A stretch of DNA of 64,000 nucleotides, from NCBI RefSeq assembly GCF_009914755.1, contig NC_060936.1; one strand, given 5' to 3'. The stretch is from the human T2T-CHM13v2.0 reference genome, Homo sapiens. The notes beneath the pieces were generated by a model that worked only from the letters and a program-made list of their open reading frames with translations, was not told where the DNA came from and ran no database searches. Shown in pieces: positions 63,262-64,000 of this stretch (the stretch's first letter is position 1; each line of letters starts with the position of its first letter). Position numbers and translations under genes: made by a program.

Positions 63262-63757
63262 TATTTTTAAATTTTTTATTTTTAGTGTTTTTTCCCCTCC
63301 CTTGCAATTTATGTTTCCTCTCATTTGCTTTTCCCTTCTTGTTTGTTTCTTACTTGTATATTAAAGTCCTTCCTTAAATGTCTAATGATCTCTGGCTATT
63401 TATTTTGAAGAGTAAGAACACTAAAAAGCTGATTGGAAAGTGGAATGAGGGCTGGGGCACGTAGGCCAAAGTGTTACATGTGGAATTCATTCTAGTTATC
63501 TATATCATTAAGAGAACTCTGATAAGGGTATCTTTGGGATTTTTCGTTTTGGCTGGTGAGATTCCCCAGAGAGGGTTTTCCAAAGGTATAATCAGCCTCT
63601 TGTTTACCTTTGTTTCGTAATAAATATTCTCAAGTTTGCTAAACCAGTTAACATTCTTCTGTTTGATTTCCAGCTTCCAAAATGTTGCTGTTGTTGTCTC
63701 CTTTCCCTTTCTTACGGCCTGGAGAGTAATACATAATTTCACCTTAACTGGAAGCCC

Positions 63758-63937
63758 ATGTATGCATGTATGTATGTATGTATGTATGTATGTATGTATG
63801 TATGTATGTACGTACTTATTTGAGACGGGGTTTCGCTGTGTTGCGCAGGCTGCACTTGAACTCCTGGGCTCAGGAGATCCTCCTGCCTCAGCCTCCGGAG
63901 TAGCTGATACCACAGGTGCGTGCCACCACGTCTGGCT
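63758..63937 (-). mobile_element. Free Alu monomer (FLAM-like) with (TATG)n tail microsatellite (63758-63810)
   Basis: Single Alu arm plus about 12 TATG units. Confidence 0.8.
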
Positions 63938-64000
63938 GCCCGCATTATTTCTCTAGGATTTTTACTGGAGGTCATTTTACTGGAGGTCAACTGCAGGATC

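Overview
Primate (very likely human, chr12q13) DNA. Bases 1-3.5 kb hold the 5' half of B4GALNT1 (GM2/GD2 synthase) on the minus strand: a CpG-island promoter, non-coding exon 1 and coding exons 2-6. The remaining ~60 kb is almost entirely transposable elements. The main structure is a 27-kb nested stack (10890-38047): a non-autonomous MER4-type provirus containing a MER50/LTR9-like solo LTR, a full-length L1PA2/L1PA3-type LINE-1 with intact ORF1, ORF2 and antisense ORF0, and an LTR12 solo LTR. A second complete provirus (MER57-type) sits inside its 3' LTR and itself carries an SVA_A. All six elements are on the + strand and are bounded by target-site duplications, some with one mismatch. Further right are dense Alu clusters, a Charlie1 transposase remnant, MLT2 LTR pieces, an RPL13A processed pseudogene and old L1PB/L1MA/L1MC fragments. 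The most interesting inference is that the L1 antisense promoter and ORF0 point at B4GALNT1, and that ORF0 splice donor 2 is exactly in frame with the B4GALNT1 start-codon exon. This predicts a possible ORF0-GM2/GD2-synthase fusion, which is untested. Repeat subfamily names come from recall of consensus sequences, not from a database search.
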